Virus record (IMG/VR): IMGVR_UViG_3300021961_000038
Span: 32,001-96,000 of that record
Direction: 5' to 3' (one strand)
DNA from: a virus
Length of the DNA stretch: 64,000 nt
The notes beneath the pieces are model-generated. The model saw only the letters and a list, made by a program, of their open reading frames with translations. It was not told the origin of the DNA and did no database searches. Positions 38,282 through 48,304 of this stretch are shown in pieces (the stretch's first letter is position 1; every line of letters begins with the position of its first letter). The position numbers were made by a program, and so were the translations under genes.

Positions 38282-40089
38282 TGAGTTATACAGTTAATAA
38301 AACAGACGGAACAGTTTTAACCATCGTTGGTGATGGTACTGTAGATAATACATCAACTGATATTTCATTAGTTGGAAGAAAATTCAGCGGATATGGTGAG
38401 ATTCTAAATGAAAACTTTGTAAAACTTCTAGAAAGTTTTGCAAATAATACGTCACCAAATAATCCTGTTGCTGGACAAATATGGTATGACACGTTAGAAG
38501 GTCGTTTAAAAGTTTATACAGGAACACAATTTAAACCAACAGGTGGACCGTTGGTTAGTGAAGTACAGCCACAGGGATTAGTTAAAGGTGATCTTTGGGT
38601 TGATTCTTTAAACAATCAATTATATTTCTATGATGGCATTGACTTAACATTGGCAGGCCCTATATATTCTAATGCTCAAGACGTTAATGGATGGAAAGTA
38701 GAAACTATTGTTGATAGTGGAAACAACGGTAGAGTTGTTTCTAAGTTATTTGTTAATGGTTTATTAGTTGCAATATTAAGTAGATACGAATTTACTCCTA
38801 AAGCACCGATCACAGGTTTTGCATCTATTAAGGTTGGATTAAATTTTAGCACAAATGTTTCAGGATTAAAATTACACGGTGCGGCAACATCAGCAGATAC
38901 TATTGCAGGTATTGACCCAGGTAACTTCTTAAGAGCAGATATTGCCTCAAGTGCAAATGCTCAATTAAGTATTCAAGATGACGGCGGATTAACAATTGGT
39001 GAAGACTCTGATTTAACAATATCTATCAGTGGTGCAACCACTATTGTTAAGAATAACCTACAAAACAGAGATTTTAAAATACAGGTTAACAATGATGTAA
39101 CTGGTATATTAGATGCATTATCCATTGATACTTCTCTTTTAAGAATGGATCTATTCACAGGTCAACTTACAAGTACTATTGTTACTGGTGGTAACATGGT
39201 TGTTAATGGTAATTTAACAGTTAATGGTGATACAACATATGTCGATACGCAAAATGTTAGATCAAGAGATAAAAATATTGAACTAGCATATGGTGATTCA
39301 CCAACTGATGTGTTGGCAGATGGCGGCGGTATTACACTTAGAGGTAATACAGATCACATTATTTCTTGGAGCAATGCAAACGACAGTTGGCAAACAACTG
39401 AATCTTTTAGTGTAGCAACAGGAAGAGAGTTTAGAGTTAATGATGTGTTGGTATTAAGTGCAGATACACTTGGTACTGGAGTTGTAAATTCTAATTTAGA
39501 AAATGTTGGAACACTTACAGAATTACAAATTGATGACATCTATATCAATGATGGTGTTATTAGCACTAATGTTAGTAACGTAGATATTACATTAGACCCT
39601 AACGGTACTGGTGCGGTAAGATTTAGCAATAGTCAAATCAAAGATGTTGCTACTCCAACCGATGCCAACGATGGTGCAAATAAATCATATGTTGATGCAA
39701 CAGTAAACGCAAAAAGTTTAGCATTAACAATGAATGTCACAGGTATGACTGATCCAGAAGGAACTGATATTCCTTTATGGTTAGGAACTATTGCACCTGT
39801 AGGCAACTACGAATCAGGCACCGAAGCCAGAGTACTGTGTGAAACATTATCATTAGGTGGCGGTGCAACAGCAATTGATGTTGTAAGATCAGGAACAGGT
39901 GTAACTAACCAAGTTGTTGTTACCGATGTTGCTGTTGATAAAGGCGGAGTGTTAAATAGTGCTAGTGCGGTACAAGATTTTAGTTTCCCACTTGGTATTA
40001 CACTTTCAGGTAGTGCTATCGGAGTTACAAGGGTAGTAAAACTGTTTAGAATTGTAAACAACAACTGGACATTTATACAGGATTTATAG
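38281..40089 (+). CDS. tail fibre protein 2
   Basis: Paralogous N-terminus (LVGR...GYGE..NENFV.LLE.FA); beta-rich Gly/Thr/Asn body. Confidence 0.75.
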   Translation: MSYTVNKTDGTVLTIVGDGTVDNTSTDISLVGRKFSGYGEILNENFVKLLESFANNTSPNNPVAGQIWYDTLEGRLKVYTGTQFKPTGGPLVSEVQPQGLVKGDLWVDSLNNQLYFYDGIDLTLAGPIYSNAQDVNGWKVETIVDSGNNGRVVSKLFVNGLLVAILSRYEFTPKAPITGFASIKVGLNFSTNVSGLKLHGAATSADTIAGIDPGNFLRADIASSANAQLSIQDDGGLTIGEDSDLTISISGATTIVKNNLQNRDFKIQVNNDVTGILDALSIDTSLLRMDLFTGQLTSTIVTGGNMVVNGNLTVNGDTTYVDTQNVRSRDKNIELAYGDSPTDVLADGGGITLRGNTDHIISWSNANDSWQTTESFSVATGREFRVNDVLVLSADTLGTGVVNSNLENVGTLTELQIDDIYINDGVISTNVSNVDITLDPNGTGAVRFSNSQIKDVATPTDANDGANKSYVDATVNAKSLALTMNVTGMTDPEGTDIPLWLGTIAPVGNYESGTEARVLCETLSLGGGATAIDVVRSGTGVTNQVVVTDVAVDKGGVLNSASAVQDFSFPLGITLSGSAIGVTRVVKLFRIVNNNWTFIQDL

Positions 40090-40098
40090 GAATAAGAT

Positions 40099-42474
40099 AT
40101 GCCATACCAAATAGATAAAACAGACGGAACAAGGTTAATAACACTAGCAGATGGTGTTGTTGATATATCTACGGATTTACAATTAGTAGGTAGAAATGTT
40201 GCTGGATATGGTGAGATTCAAAACGAAAATTTCGTAAAACTTCTAGAAAATTTTGCTAGAGCAGATACACCACCAAGCAAAGCATTGGTAGGTCAAGTAT
40301 GGTTTGATAAAAATGTTAATAAATTAAGACCTGCGGTATTCGACGGTGTTGAATGGCGTCAACTTTCTTTATTAGAAGTAAGCAACATTGAACCACAAAC
40401 AAGAAAAGAAGGCGATCTATGGTGGGATTCTGTTAACAATCAACTATATGCTTGGACGGCAGACGGTGATGAACACGTTTTAATTGGTCCAGAAAGTATT
40501 AAACCTTTCGGAAAAACAAGATGGGTAACAACTGCACTAACAGATACATCAGCAGTTGATCATCCTGTGACAATTGGTTACATTGATAACGCTCCGTATG
40601 TTGTTTTAGCAGATACAAACTTTACTATTGATCAAAATGTAACACCGTTGGTAGGATTTACAGATGTTAAACGTGGTATGACCCTAGACGGAACTACCGC
40701 AACAGGATTAACAACCACTACAAGATTTCATGGAACTGCAAGTAACTCAGAAAGACTGGGAGATCGACCTGCAAACGGTTATGCTTATATTAGTGACAAC
40801 GAAGATATTACAGGCGACTGGAGATTTGTAACAGATGCTGGTATTGTTATTGGAGATTCACAAGAAGTATCATTAAAAGTTCAAAATACTAATCAACCAA
40901 TATTGGTTAACGAGTCAGGAACAACATTAAGACTTGGTGTTGACTATGTAGGTAACACCGGAGACAAAACAGTTGTACTAGTTGACGGTAAAAGTTTTAA
41001 ACCTTATACAGATAATGAAGTTAACTTAGGTGCTCCAACAACTAAATGGAGAAACATCTATGCGGATGCCATTTATGCTAACGTGGTTGGTGATGCAATA
41101 GGTTCATTTACAGGTAATGTAGCAGGTAATGTAGCAGGTAATGTAACAGGAAGTGTAACAGGTGCAGTAACAGGTACATTAAAATCAACTTCTGGATCGG
41201 TAATTGTTGATAATGATGCGACAACTTCAACACCAGAGTTAGATAGCACAGCAGGAACGGTTGCTGGACGCTTTAATGGCACAGCAAAATATGTTGATTT
41301 TGGTGTTTATAGAAATAACACACAAACGATCACTGGTGACAAAACATTTACAGGCGGCTTAACAGTAAACACAAGTCCGTTGGTGGTTAATAGTACAGCA
41401 CTATTAAATGGAACATCTCAACATCTTAATTCTCAGATTAAAAAAGTTAAAATTGGTAACACATCAGGTATTAATCCTAGTTCACCTATTACACTATCAT
41501 CACGTGATGTTGTAATTGATACAGCAAACATTGAAGGCAGTGAAATTACAACAACACTATTCAAGGGCGGTGAACTAAGAGAAGGAACAAAAATTAATGG
41601 TGCGTCAATAGGTGATAGTATTCCTGTTACTAAAGTTGTTTCAAACATCTATTATGACACAACAGGAAAGTCGTTTACTAAAATTTCATATGATGATACT
41701 TTTGCAAATGCAGACAATACAACTGTAATGACAGCACTTGCAATTAAAAATTACATTGATGCTAAGGTTGATGATGTTGTAAGTGATATTCAGTTCCATA
41801 TTGATAATAAAGATATGAGTGTTGAAGATGTTAAAACACAATTAACAAGAATTGCACCTCCTTTAGAATATCCAGAAGGAACTAAAGCAAGAATTTTAGG
41901 ATCTCATTATTATAATAACATTGGTGTTGACTATTACGGTAACAAACGATATGTTACGTTTTATGGTCAAGGACGCTTATACTATGGAATTGGTTACATT
42001 GGCGGTAGAGCAACATCTTCGAATGTAAATTCAACTGAAGTTTTAACAGCCAAGAGTGGATTTACAGGTTATCTATTCCAGCGTGAAGCAGGTGGTACAC
42101 CTATCGTTAAGAATGAAGCAAAAAATAACAGTTCAGATGCTAATAATATTGTAGCACAAATTACAAACAGAACGTTTGTAGGTTGGATTGAATTCGATAA
42201 TCCAATTCCACAAGCGATTGCAAATGCATTTGGTGATCCTGCTATTGTAAATGCAAGGGTTATTGCTGTAGAAAATGGTATTGTTAGAGATTATTCAAGT
42301 ACTGCTAATACCACAATTTTATATGATAACGTAAACAATTATCAAAGAGCGTTAGTTGAAGACTACGAAACTACTGCATCTATAGGAGGAGTTAGTGTAC
42401 ACTTCGAGGTTTATGATTATAGTTTAACAACTGTAACAAGTAATGCTTCGTGGGTGTTCAAAACTTATATCTAA
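40099..42474 (+). CDS. tail fibre protein 3
   Basis: Same paralogous N-terminus; GNVA/GxVT tetrapeptide repeats. Confidence 0.75.
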   Translation: MPYQIDKTDGTRLITLADGVVDISTDLQLVGRNVAGYGEIQNENFVKLLENFARADTPPSKALVGQVWFDKNVNKLRPAVFDGVEWRQLSLLEVSNIEPQTRKEGDLWWDSVNNQLYAWTADGDEHVLIGPESIKPFGKTRWVTTALTDTSAVDHPVTIGYIDNAPYVVLADTNFTIDQNVTPLVGFTDVKRGMTLDGTTATGLTTTTRFHGTASNSERLGDRPANGYAYISDNEDITGDWRFVTDAGIVIGDSQEVSLKVQNTNQPILVNESGTTLRLGVDYVGNTGDKTVVLVDGKSFKPYTDNEVNLGAPTTKWRNIYADAIYANVVGDAIGSFTGNVAGNVAGNVTGSVTGAVTGTLKSTSGSVIVDNDATTSTPELDSTAGTVAGRFNGTAKYVDFGVYRNNTQTITGDKTFTGGLTVNTSPLVVNSTALLNGTSQHLNSQIKKVKIGNTSGINPSSPITLSSRDVVIDTANIEGSEITTTLFKGGELREGTKINGASIGDSIPVTKVVSNIYYDTTGKSFTKISYDDTFANADNTTVMTALAIKNYIDAKVDDVVSDIQFHIDNKDMSVEDVKTQLTRIAPPLEYPEGTKARILGSHYYNNIGVDYYGNKRYVTFYGQGRLYYGIGYIGGRATSSNVNSTEVLTAKSGFTGYLFQREAGGTPIVKNEAKNNSSDANNIVAQITNRTFVGWIEFDNPIPQAIANAFGDPAIVNARVIAVENGIVRDYSSTANTTILYDNVNNYQRALVEDYETTASIGGVSVHFEVYDYSLTTVTSNASWVFKTYI
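41111..41175 (+). repeat. 12-nt coding tandem repeat (CAGGTAATGTAG-like; GNVAGNVAGNVTGSVTGAVTG)
   Basis: Visible tandem copies; a similar GxVT run occurs at about 44461-44508. Confidence 0.7.
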
Positions 42475-42962
42475 TGTATAAGATAGTTGAAAATTATATA
42501 ACAAATGTTGATGAAATTATGTTGAAAGTAAAAGAACACGAACAAAACAATAAATTTACTTTCCGTGGTATCGGCGGTGACGAAAAGCATGGAACAAAAT
42601 ATGGTGAAAGTCATTTTAGTTCATTGTTCCAACGAGATATGGATACAGATTTAATTGAAACTATATGGAAAACTATTCCAAATGAACGTAAATGGTGCAG
42701 TCAAGTTGTGGTAAACAAATATGCACCTGGAGATTGGTTAGTCAAGCATCAAGATAGTGCCGGTGGCTATTGGAAATTTAAATTGGTTTATCTAACAGAA
42801 GGAAAACCCCATTTCAAATATTGGGATGGTGAAGACCGTGAACATTTAGTCCAAGAGAAAAAAGGTGCAATGTTTGATATGCCAATTGATACTTGGCACG
42901 AAGTAACAAAAATGGAAAAAGATGAAGATCCGAAATACAGTCTTTGTCTAATATGGGAATAA
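42474..42962 (+). CDS. 2OG-Fe(II) dioxygenase-like protein
   Basis: VNKY.PGD.L..HQD ... WHEV ... KYSL double-stranded beta-helix pattern; ATG overlaps the fibre-3 stop (TAATG), so the start is 42474 rather than 42450. Confidence 0.7.
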   Translation: MYKIVENYITNVDEIMLKVKEHEQNNKFTFRGIGGDEKHGTKYGESHFSSLFQRDMDTDLIETIWKTIPNERKWCSQVVVNKYAPGDWLVKHQDSAGGYWKFKLVYLTEGKPHFKYWDGEDREHLVQEKKGAMFDMPIDTWHEVTKMEKDEDPKYSLCLIWE

Positions 42963-42966
42963 AATT

Positions 42967-43449
42967 ATGGCAATAAAAAGTATGGTATTAATGTTTAATA
43001 AAAGTAACGGTGAGTTAATCGGCGATTTACCACCTGAACAAAAAATACGAGGACTCAACGGTAATGAAGTAATGACCAAGGTAGTTGAATACGATCCAAG
43101 TACTCATGTTTACATTGGCACATACCATGAAGGTAAAGTAGTTGCTATTGATGATATTAGAGCAGACGATGTTCCTGTTATTGACGAAGAAATTTTAAAC
43201 TTAAATGTTAAAGGTAACATCGAAGGTGAATATCCTTTACACAAACAGTTAAACATTATGATGGAAATGCTAAACAATTCGTCTATTTCTAACACAGAAG
43301 AGTTTCAGAAAATGTATGATTACATTAAAGACGAAAGAGAACGTAATAAAGCACGTAAGGATGTTTATAAATCAACTGAATCTTCTTACATATTCATAAG
43401 CAAGGAAAATATTAAACTTGCTAAAGATAAAAAACTAGGGAAAGCATAG
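42967..43449 (+). CDS. hypothetical protein (possible fibre assembly/accessory protein)
   Basis: 160-aa ORF between fibre genes. Confidence 0.55.
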   Translation: MAIKSMVLMFNKSNGELIGDLPPEQKIRGLNGNEVMTKVVEYDPSTHVYIGTYHEGKVVAIDDIRADDVPVIDEEILNLNVKGNIEGEYPLHKQLNIMMEMLNNSSISNTEEFQKMYDYIKDERERNKARKDVYKSTESSYIFISKENIKLAKDKKLGKA

Positions 43450-43464
43450 AGGGTAAATACAGTT

Positions 43465-45210
43465 ATGCCATACATTGTAAACACATATAACGGTCAGCAA
43501 ATTACAATAGTAAACGATGGAACTATTGATCAAACAACCGATCTTAAACTCATCGGAAAAAACTATGCAGGGTTTGGAGAAATCTTAAATGAAAACCTTG
43601 TTTATCTTTTAGAAAATTTTGCTGGTGCAACTGAGCCGCCTAATGCAGTAGCAGGTCAGGTTTGGTTTGACTCTGCAAATAAAGTTTTAAAGTTTTACGA
43701 TGGTAATAAATTTAGAATAGCAGGTGGTGCCGAAATAGGTGCTAATGCTCCTACTGGATTAGCAAAAGGCGATATGTGGTGGGAAGAAGATGGTGAACAA
43801 CTTTATGTTTACAATGGACAAGATTTTATTCTAGTTGGACCTGTTGCAACAGGTGGTGAAGGTGTTTCTCAATTATCAGCAATTACTATTAAAGACACAC
43901 TAGCCAATGATAGAACAGTTCTTAAAGTAACAATACAAGACGATGTTGTTGCTTTAATTTCTAAAAACGAATTTACGATTGATGATAGTAAAAATCCTAT
44001 TCCAGGATTTAGTAATGTTAACAAAGGATTTAATTTAGCCAGTGAAGCGGTATATCCTGCAATTAAGTATTGGGGAACAGCAAGAAACTCTGATCAATTA
44101 GGTGGTATTGATGCTTCTCAATATATTTTAGATAGCGGAAACCAAATCTTTAGTGATTTAGTTAATTTTAATAATGACACAGGTATATTAATTGGTGCAG
44201 GTAGTGACTTGCATTTATATATTACCAACGGTGACGAAGTCAATATTACAAACGAAATTGGTAACGTTATTAAATTTGGAGTTAACTCGGGTGTTGGTGC
44301 ACAAGAAGTTGCACGTTTTGAAAATGCAACTCTTATTCCTGCATCAGATAACACAGGTTCGTTAGGAACACTTACAGTTAAATGGCGTAATATTTTTGCT
44401 TATGACATTGCCCTAGACGACAACGGTGCATTGGATGGAAACACAATAGGATTACATACTGGTGATGTTACAGGTAATGTTACAGGTAATTTAACAGGAG
44501 ATGTTACATCGGGTGGTAATAGCACATTTAATAATGTAACAGTTAATGGAACTATCACAGGTTCACTTGTTGGTACATCAACAACTGCTGAATTAGTAGA
44601 AGTTGATGGTGGTGCGGGAAGAGCCGCGGTAACTACTGCAACAGCAAATACAATAGCGGCAAGAGATAGCAACGGTGATATTACTGCTAACTTGTTTAAC
44701 GGTACATCAACAGATTCACAACAACTAGATGGCTCACCAGCAGATATTACACAAACAGCAGATACTATTGCTAAACGTGATACAAACGGAGACTTGGTTG
44801 CACGTAAATTCCAAGGTACTGCAACAGCGGCTCAGTTTGCTGACTTGGCAGAAATGTATGCCAGCGATAAAGATTATGAACCAGGTACGGTTTTAATATT
44901 CGGCGGAGAAGCAGAAGTTACAACAACAGATGTTTTCTGCGATCATAGAGTAGCAGGTATTGTATCAACTGATCCAGCACACTTAATGAATAGCACTCAA
45001 GAAGGTGTTGCGGTAGCACTAAGAGGTAGAGTTCCTTGCAAGGTAGAAGGTCCTGTCCAAAAAGGCGATCTAATTGTTACAAGTCCTAAACCGGGCGTAG
45101 CAACAGCAATAGCCAAAGATAGTGCTATGCCAAATTCAATTTGTGTAATTGGAAAAGCAATCCAAAATAATTCAGATACAGGCGTAAAACTAGTAGAAGT
45201 AGTAGTATAA
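43465..45210 (+). CDS. tail fibre protein 4 with C-terminal ADLAE-type chaperone/peptidase-like domain
   Basis: Paralogous N-terminus; C-terminal ADLAEMY...YEPGTVL...VAGIVST.PA..MN...VAL.GRVPCKV.G.V.KGDLIV. Confidence 0.8.
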   Translation: MPYIVNTYNGQQITIVNDGTIDQTTDLKLIGKNYAGFGEILNENLVYLLENFAGATEPPNAVAGQVWFDSANKVLKFYDGNKFRIAGGAEIGANAPTGLAKGDMWWEEDGEQLYVYNGQDFILVGPVATGGEGVSQLSAITIKDTLANDRTVLKVTIQDDVVALISKNEFTIDDSKNPIPGFSNVNKGFNLASEAVYPAIKYWGTARNSDQLGGIDASQYILDSGNQIFSDLVNFNNDTGILIGAGSDLHLYITNGDEVNITNEIGNVIKFGVNSGVGAQEVARFENATLIPASDNTGSLGTLTVKWRNIFAYDIALDDNGALDGNTIGLHTGDVTGNVTGNLTGDVTSGGNSTFNNVTVNGTITGSLVGTSTTAELVEVDGGAGRAAVTTATANTIAARDSNGDITANLFNGTSTDSQQLDGSPADITQTADTIAKRDTNGDLVARKFQGTATAAQFADLAEMYASDKDYEPGTVLIFGGEAEVTTTDVFCDHRVAGIVSTDPAHLMNSTQEGVAVALRGRVPCKVEGPVQKGDLIVTSPKPGVATAIAKDSAMPNSICVIGKAIQNNSDTGVKLVEVVV

Positions 45211-45224
45211 ACTACGCATATAAA

Positions 45225-45250
45225 GGCGTCTTAAACGTGTTTTAAGCGTC
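45225..45250. terminator. hairpin between convergent transcription units
   Basis: GGCG(T)CTTAAA-CGTGT-TTTAAGCGTC inverted repeat at the +/- strand switch; no strong U tract. Confidence 0.4.
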
Positions 45251-45286
45251 ATACAGCGGTGTTAATGCTCTAGGACAGTACTTTGC

Positions 45287-45721
45287 CTACCCTACGTGCA
45301 TAACGCCTACTTTAGACGCTTGTAAGAAGTCTATTCCGTCTGTGTTACGATAATGCTCACCAAAATAAACTGTTTTAATTCCACTTTGGTAAATCAATTT
45401 GGCACATTCTAAACAGGGAGAATGGGTAACAAAAAGTGTTGCTTCATTACCGCTCTCGGTTGAACGAGCCAATTTGGCAATAGCATTTGATTCAGCGTGG
45501 AGTACTTCTGGTTTTGTTACTAGGGTAGGATTACCCACATCATCGACGTGAGTACACGTTTCGCATTCGTTCTCCCAACCAGCAGGTGTGCCATTATAAC
45601 CGTAGGCAATAATTCTATCATCCTTAACGATCACAGCACCAACATTTAATCTTTTGGCATACGATAATTGTGCAAATCGTTTTGCAACATCCATGTATGC
45701 ATCAATAAACCTTTGTTTCAT
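45287..45721 (-). CDS. cd: dCMP deaminase
   Basis: VGAVIV, GYNG.P, HAESNAI, THSPCLEC zinc motifs. Confidence 0.92.
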   Translation of the reverse strand: MKQRFIDAYMDVAKRFAQLSYAKRLNVGAVIVKDDRIIAYGYNGTPAGWENECETCTHVDDVGNPTLVTKPEVLHAESNAIAKLARSTESGNEATLFVTHSPCLECAKLIYQSGIKTVYFGEHYRNTDGIDFLQASKVGVMHVG

Positions 45722-46042
45722 TTAATGATTTCTCTTTCCGTCAAAGACGCATATAAAATATAAACCCTGTGGACCGGTAGTTACCCTATGATGAACTCCG
45801 TCCTTGATTAATACAGTATCGCCTTCTTGCACATATTGGGGAACATCATCTAAAAAGATTGTTCCTGCTCCCTTGATAAAAATGTAAACTTCTTCTTGTC
45901 CTTCGTGTTTGTGTCCGGAAGTGCTTTTATAAGGATGTAATTCGGTGCTACTAACAATTAAATTTTTTAGTTCGGTATTATCTTTAACTATATAACGGTC
46001 GTCTTCCTTAACGATGTTTCCGCCAATATCCCACTTCTTCAT
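45722..46042 (-). CDS. cupin-domain protein
   Basis: GHKH..QEEVY.F..G.G and GD.VLI..G..HRV cupin motifs. Confidence 0.8.
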   Translation of the reverse strand: MKKWDIGGNIVKEDDRYIVKDNTELKNLIVSSTELHPYKSTSGHKHEGQEEVYIFIKGAGTIFLDDVPQYVQEGDTVLIKDGVHHRVTTGPQGLYFICVFDGKRNH

Positions 46043-46052
46043 TTTGCCTCTC

Positions 46053-46727
46053 TTACAAAGTGTTAACCATAGGAAAGATTTTAGAAATTACTTCAGCACA
46101 AGCATGAGCAATTTCCATATGTTCTTTCTGCGTACCATTTGCACCACGAAGTTGAATATAATGTACCCAACTACGTAAAGTTCCGTTCATATATAAACGT
46201 GTTTTAGTTAAGCCTTCAGGTAATACAGCACGAGCCTGTTCCTTGGCAATACCATTATCAATTGCCCATTCATATGCTTCCTTGGCTTTTGCAATTACTT
46301 CACGCTGATAGTCATGCCATTTAATATCAATGTCACCGTGTTCCAGTGCATTAATTTCGATAGAATTTTGTCTGTTCTTTGTATCCTGTAGGCGTGTTTC
46401 GCGATATGTAAACTGTTCTCCAAACTCCTTTGGATCAGCATAGCGTTGGCTAAACTCCTGGAAACTGAAACTACGATGACGCACAATCTGATGTGCAATG
46501 TCACGTGTGGTATTAATTTCCAAACAAGCACTAACCATTTCAAGTGGTGACCAATGACCCCATTTGATTAGATACCCAATTAATTTTTCTGCTGTTTCTT
46601 TATTATATTGGTTTGCTGGATTTGATACCCTAGCACAAAAGGCAATAAGATCTTGTGCATTTTCTAATCCTTCACTAATAAACTCTCCTGTTGGTTGCGA
46701 ATAGGATACAAGTTTAACTTGGGTCAT
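46053..46727 (-). CDS. thyX: FAD-dependent thymidylate synthase
   Basis: ThyX motif RHRSFSFQEFSQRY, H.SPLE, AR.VLP. Confidence 0.95.
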   Translation of the reverse strand: MTQVKLVSYSQPTGEFISEGLENAQDLIAFCARVSNPANQYNKETAEKLIGYLIKWGHWSPLEMVSACLEINTTRDIAHQIVRHRSFSFQEFSQRYADPKEFGEQFTYRETRLQDTKNRQNSIEINALEHGDIDIKWHDYQREVIAKAKEAYEWAIDNGIAKEQARAVLPEGLTKTRLYMNGTLRSWVHYIQLRGANGTQKEHMEIAHACAEVISKIFPMVNTL

Positions 46728-47067
46728 TTTTATTTTTTCCTTCTCTTTTAATTTTAAAGTTTACTTTTTTTGTAAATTTTTCTCTAGCCTTTGTAACATC
46801 GGCCTGCAATGAAGTTACATCTACTGTAAAATCAATACTCTTAATTGAACCTTTGTATTTGCTTATAATCTCATTAACTTTTTTAGTTGCCAAAGTAACA
46901 GACATATGACGTAAAATGTTTTTCACATCAATAATTTGTACTCTGTTATTTTGTAAATTTAGTTTAAGATTAACGAGGAATTGAATTGGGAGACTGTCTA
47001 TGTTTATAGACTCTAGAACGTTCTCCCAATCCTTATTGCTGATTTCTATATGATTGTCCTTTTTCAT
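46714..47067 (-). CDS. hypothetical protein
   Basis: ORF in a tightly packed minus-strand run; start uncertain (47067 ATG or 47073 TTG). Confidence 0.55.
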   Translation of the reverse strand: MKKDNHIEISNKDWENVLESINIDSLPIQFLVNLKLNLQNNRVQIIDVKNILRHMSVTLATKKVNEIISKYKGSIKSIDFTVDVTSLQADVTKAREKFTKKVNFKIKREGKNKNDPS

Positions 47068-47081
47068 GGGCAATCATAGTA

Positions 47082-47645
47082 TTATGCAGTGGTCTTAGAA
47101 GTTGTTTTTTTATCAACTTTAGTAACAGGATCAATTTCGTCTGCTCTACGTCGTAAGTCAACCACTTCTTTGTACATTGCATCTGCTCTTGCTCTATAGT
47201 TCTTAGCAATAGTTTTCTGGTTACCTTGTTCGATTTTTTTACTATCTGAACCAGATGAAACTGCTAAGTCCTCTACTGACACACCCTTTTGTTCTGCAAT
47301 TTTTAGATTTAACTCATCGAGTTTAATCCAAGTGCTTCTATCAGAAGTTGGTGTCATAGTCACTGAAGCCGTAGGAACTTTTTTAAGGTGTCCTGTTTGA
47401 TGTAAAACTGGTAACATTGTTGTACCGTCAGAAAACTTTCTAACGCCTAGAACAGTAGCCAATTCAACTGCTTCTTGACCTGCAGGAGAATCCACAACAT
47501 TAAAAAGTTCGTCATGATACGAACCACTTAACTTTGCTGATTCAACGATCAATGCAGATTGTGAGTCGCCTGGAATAGTACGAAACGGAACAATTACTTT
47601 TGCTCCATTATCTAAAATTCCAACGTGCTTAACTGCTTTTGCCAT
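47082..47645 (-). CDS. hypothetical protein
   Basis: 187-aa ORF with AGGAG SD. Confidence 0.65.
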   Translation of the reverse strand: MAKAVKHVGILDNGAKVIVPFRTIPGDSQSALIVESAKLSGSYHDELFNVVDSPAGQEAVELATVLGVRKFSDGTTMLPVLHQTGHLKKVPTASVTMTPTSDRSTWIKLDELNLKIAEQKGVSVEDLAVSSGSDSKKIEQGNQKTIAKNYRARADAMYKEVVDLRRRADEIDPVTKVDKKTTSKTTA

Positions 47646-47657
47646 AATTTTTTCTCC

Positions 47658-47969
47658 TTAGTTGGATGGAACACCAGTAACTGCTTCTGCTGTCGCATCA
47701 CCTTTTGCTGGAGCAGGTGTTTGTGTACCTTCAGGTTGTGCAGGTTTTACTGCGTCTAAAAATTGCATTAGTCTGTTGTATGTGTTACCTACTACTGCCA
47801 TTTCTGCCGCCTTAAAAGCACCGCGTGATTGAGCAACATCAATGATTGTTTTCAAGGCCTGTAAATCACTTACTGTGAGATCAGGTGCCGCCGGGGTTGC
47901 CGGATTAGCAGGATGATTTTTATCAACCGCTTGTTGCTCGGCTTTGTTTGTTTTTGCTTCTTCAGTCAT
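47658..47969 (-). CDS. hypothetical protein
   Basis: 103-aa ORF with AGGAG SD; core DL..LK.IIDVA.SRGAFKA.EM..VG..YN.L..FL. Confidence 0.65.
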   Translation of the reverse strand: MTEEAKTNKAEQQAVDKNHPANPATPAAPDLTVSDLQALKTIIDVAQSRGAFKAAEMAVVGNTYNRLMQFLDAVKPAQPEGTQTPAPAKGDATAEAVTGVPSN

Positions 47970-47995
47970 ATCGATATAACTCCTTGTATTATTAA

Positions 47996-48304
47996 TTATA
48001 CTAGTTTAATGTTGGTGCCATGCAAAACTGGACACCCTAAACTAAACATAGTGGATTCAGATGCTTCTTCGAAGCCAATCTGAAATACAGTTTCCAATTT
48101 GTTGTCGACTAGTTTCAAATCTTCCACTATACAATATCTTCCACTTAGATTATTATATATCCATGTACGACATTGGTCAATATTTTTCTGAATCAACCAA
48201 CTATCAGATTGGACAATAAGTTTGGTAAAATGCTCCGGACAAAATTTTAATTCTCTCATGTCTAAAACATTTAATGGATTTGGATTATCAATTAACAGTC
48301 TCAT
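47996..48304 (-). CDS. hypothetical protein
   Basis: 102-aa ORF translationally coupled to the VWA gene. Confidence 0.6.
   Translation of the reverse strand: MRLLIDNPNPLNVLDMRELKFCPEHFTKLIVQSDSWLIQKNIDQCRTWIYNNLSGRYCIVEDLKLVDNKLETVFQIGFEEASESTMFSLGCPVLHGTNIKLV

Noticed and set aside
36263-45210. Diversity-generating retroelement or invertible tail-fibre switch
   Set aside because: No reverse transcriptase, invertase, adenine-mismatched TR/VR pair or inverted fibre tips were seen; the similarity among fibres is at protein level at the N-termini.
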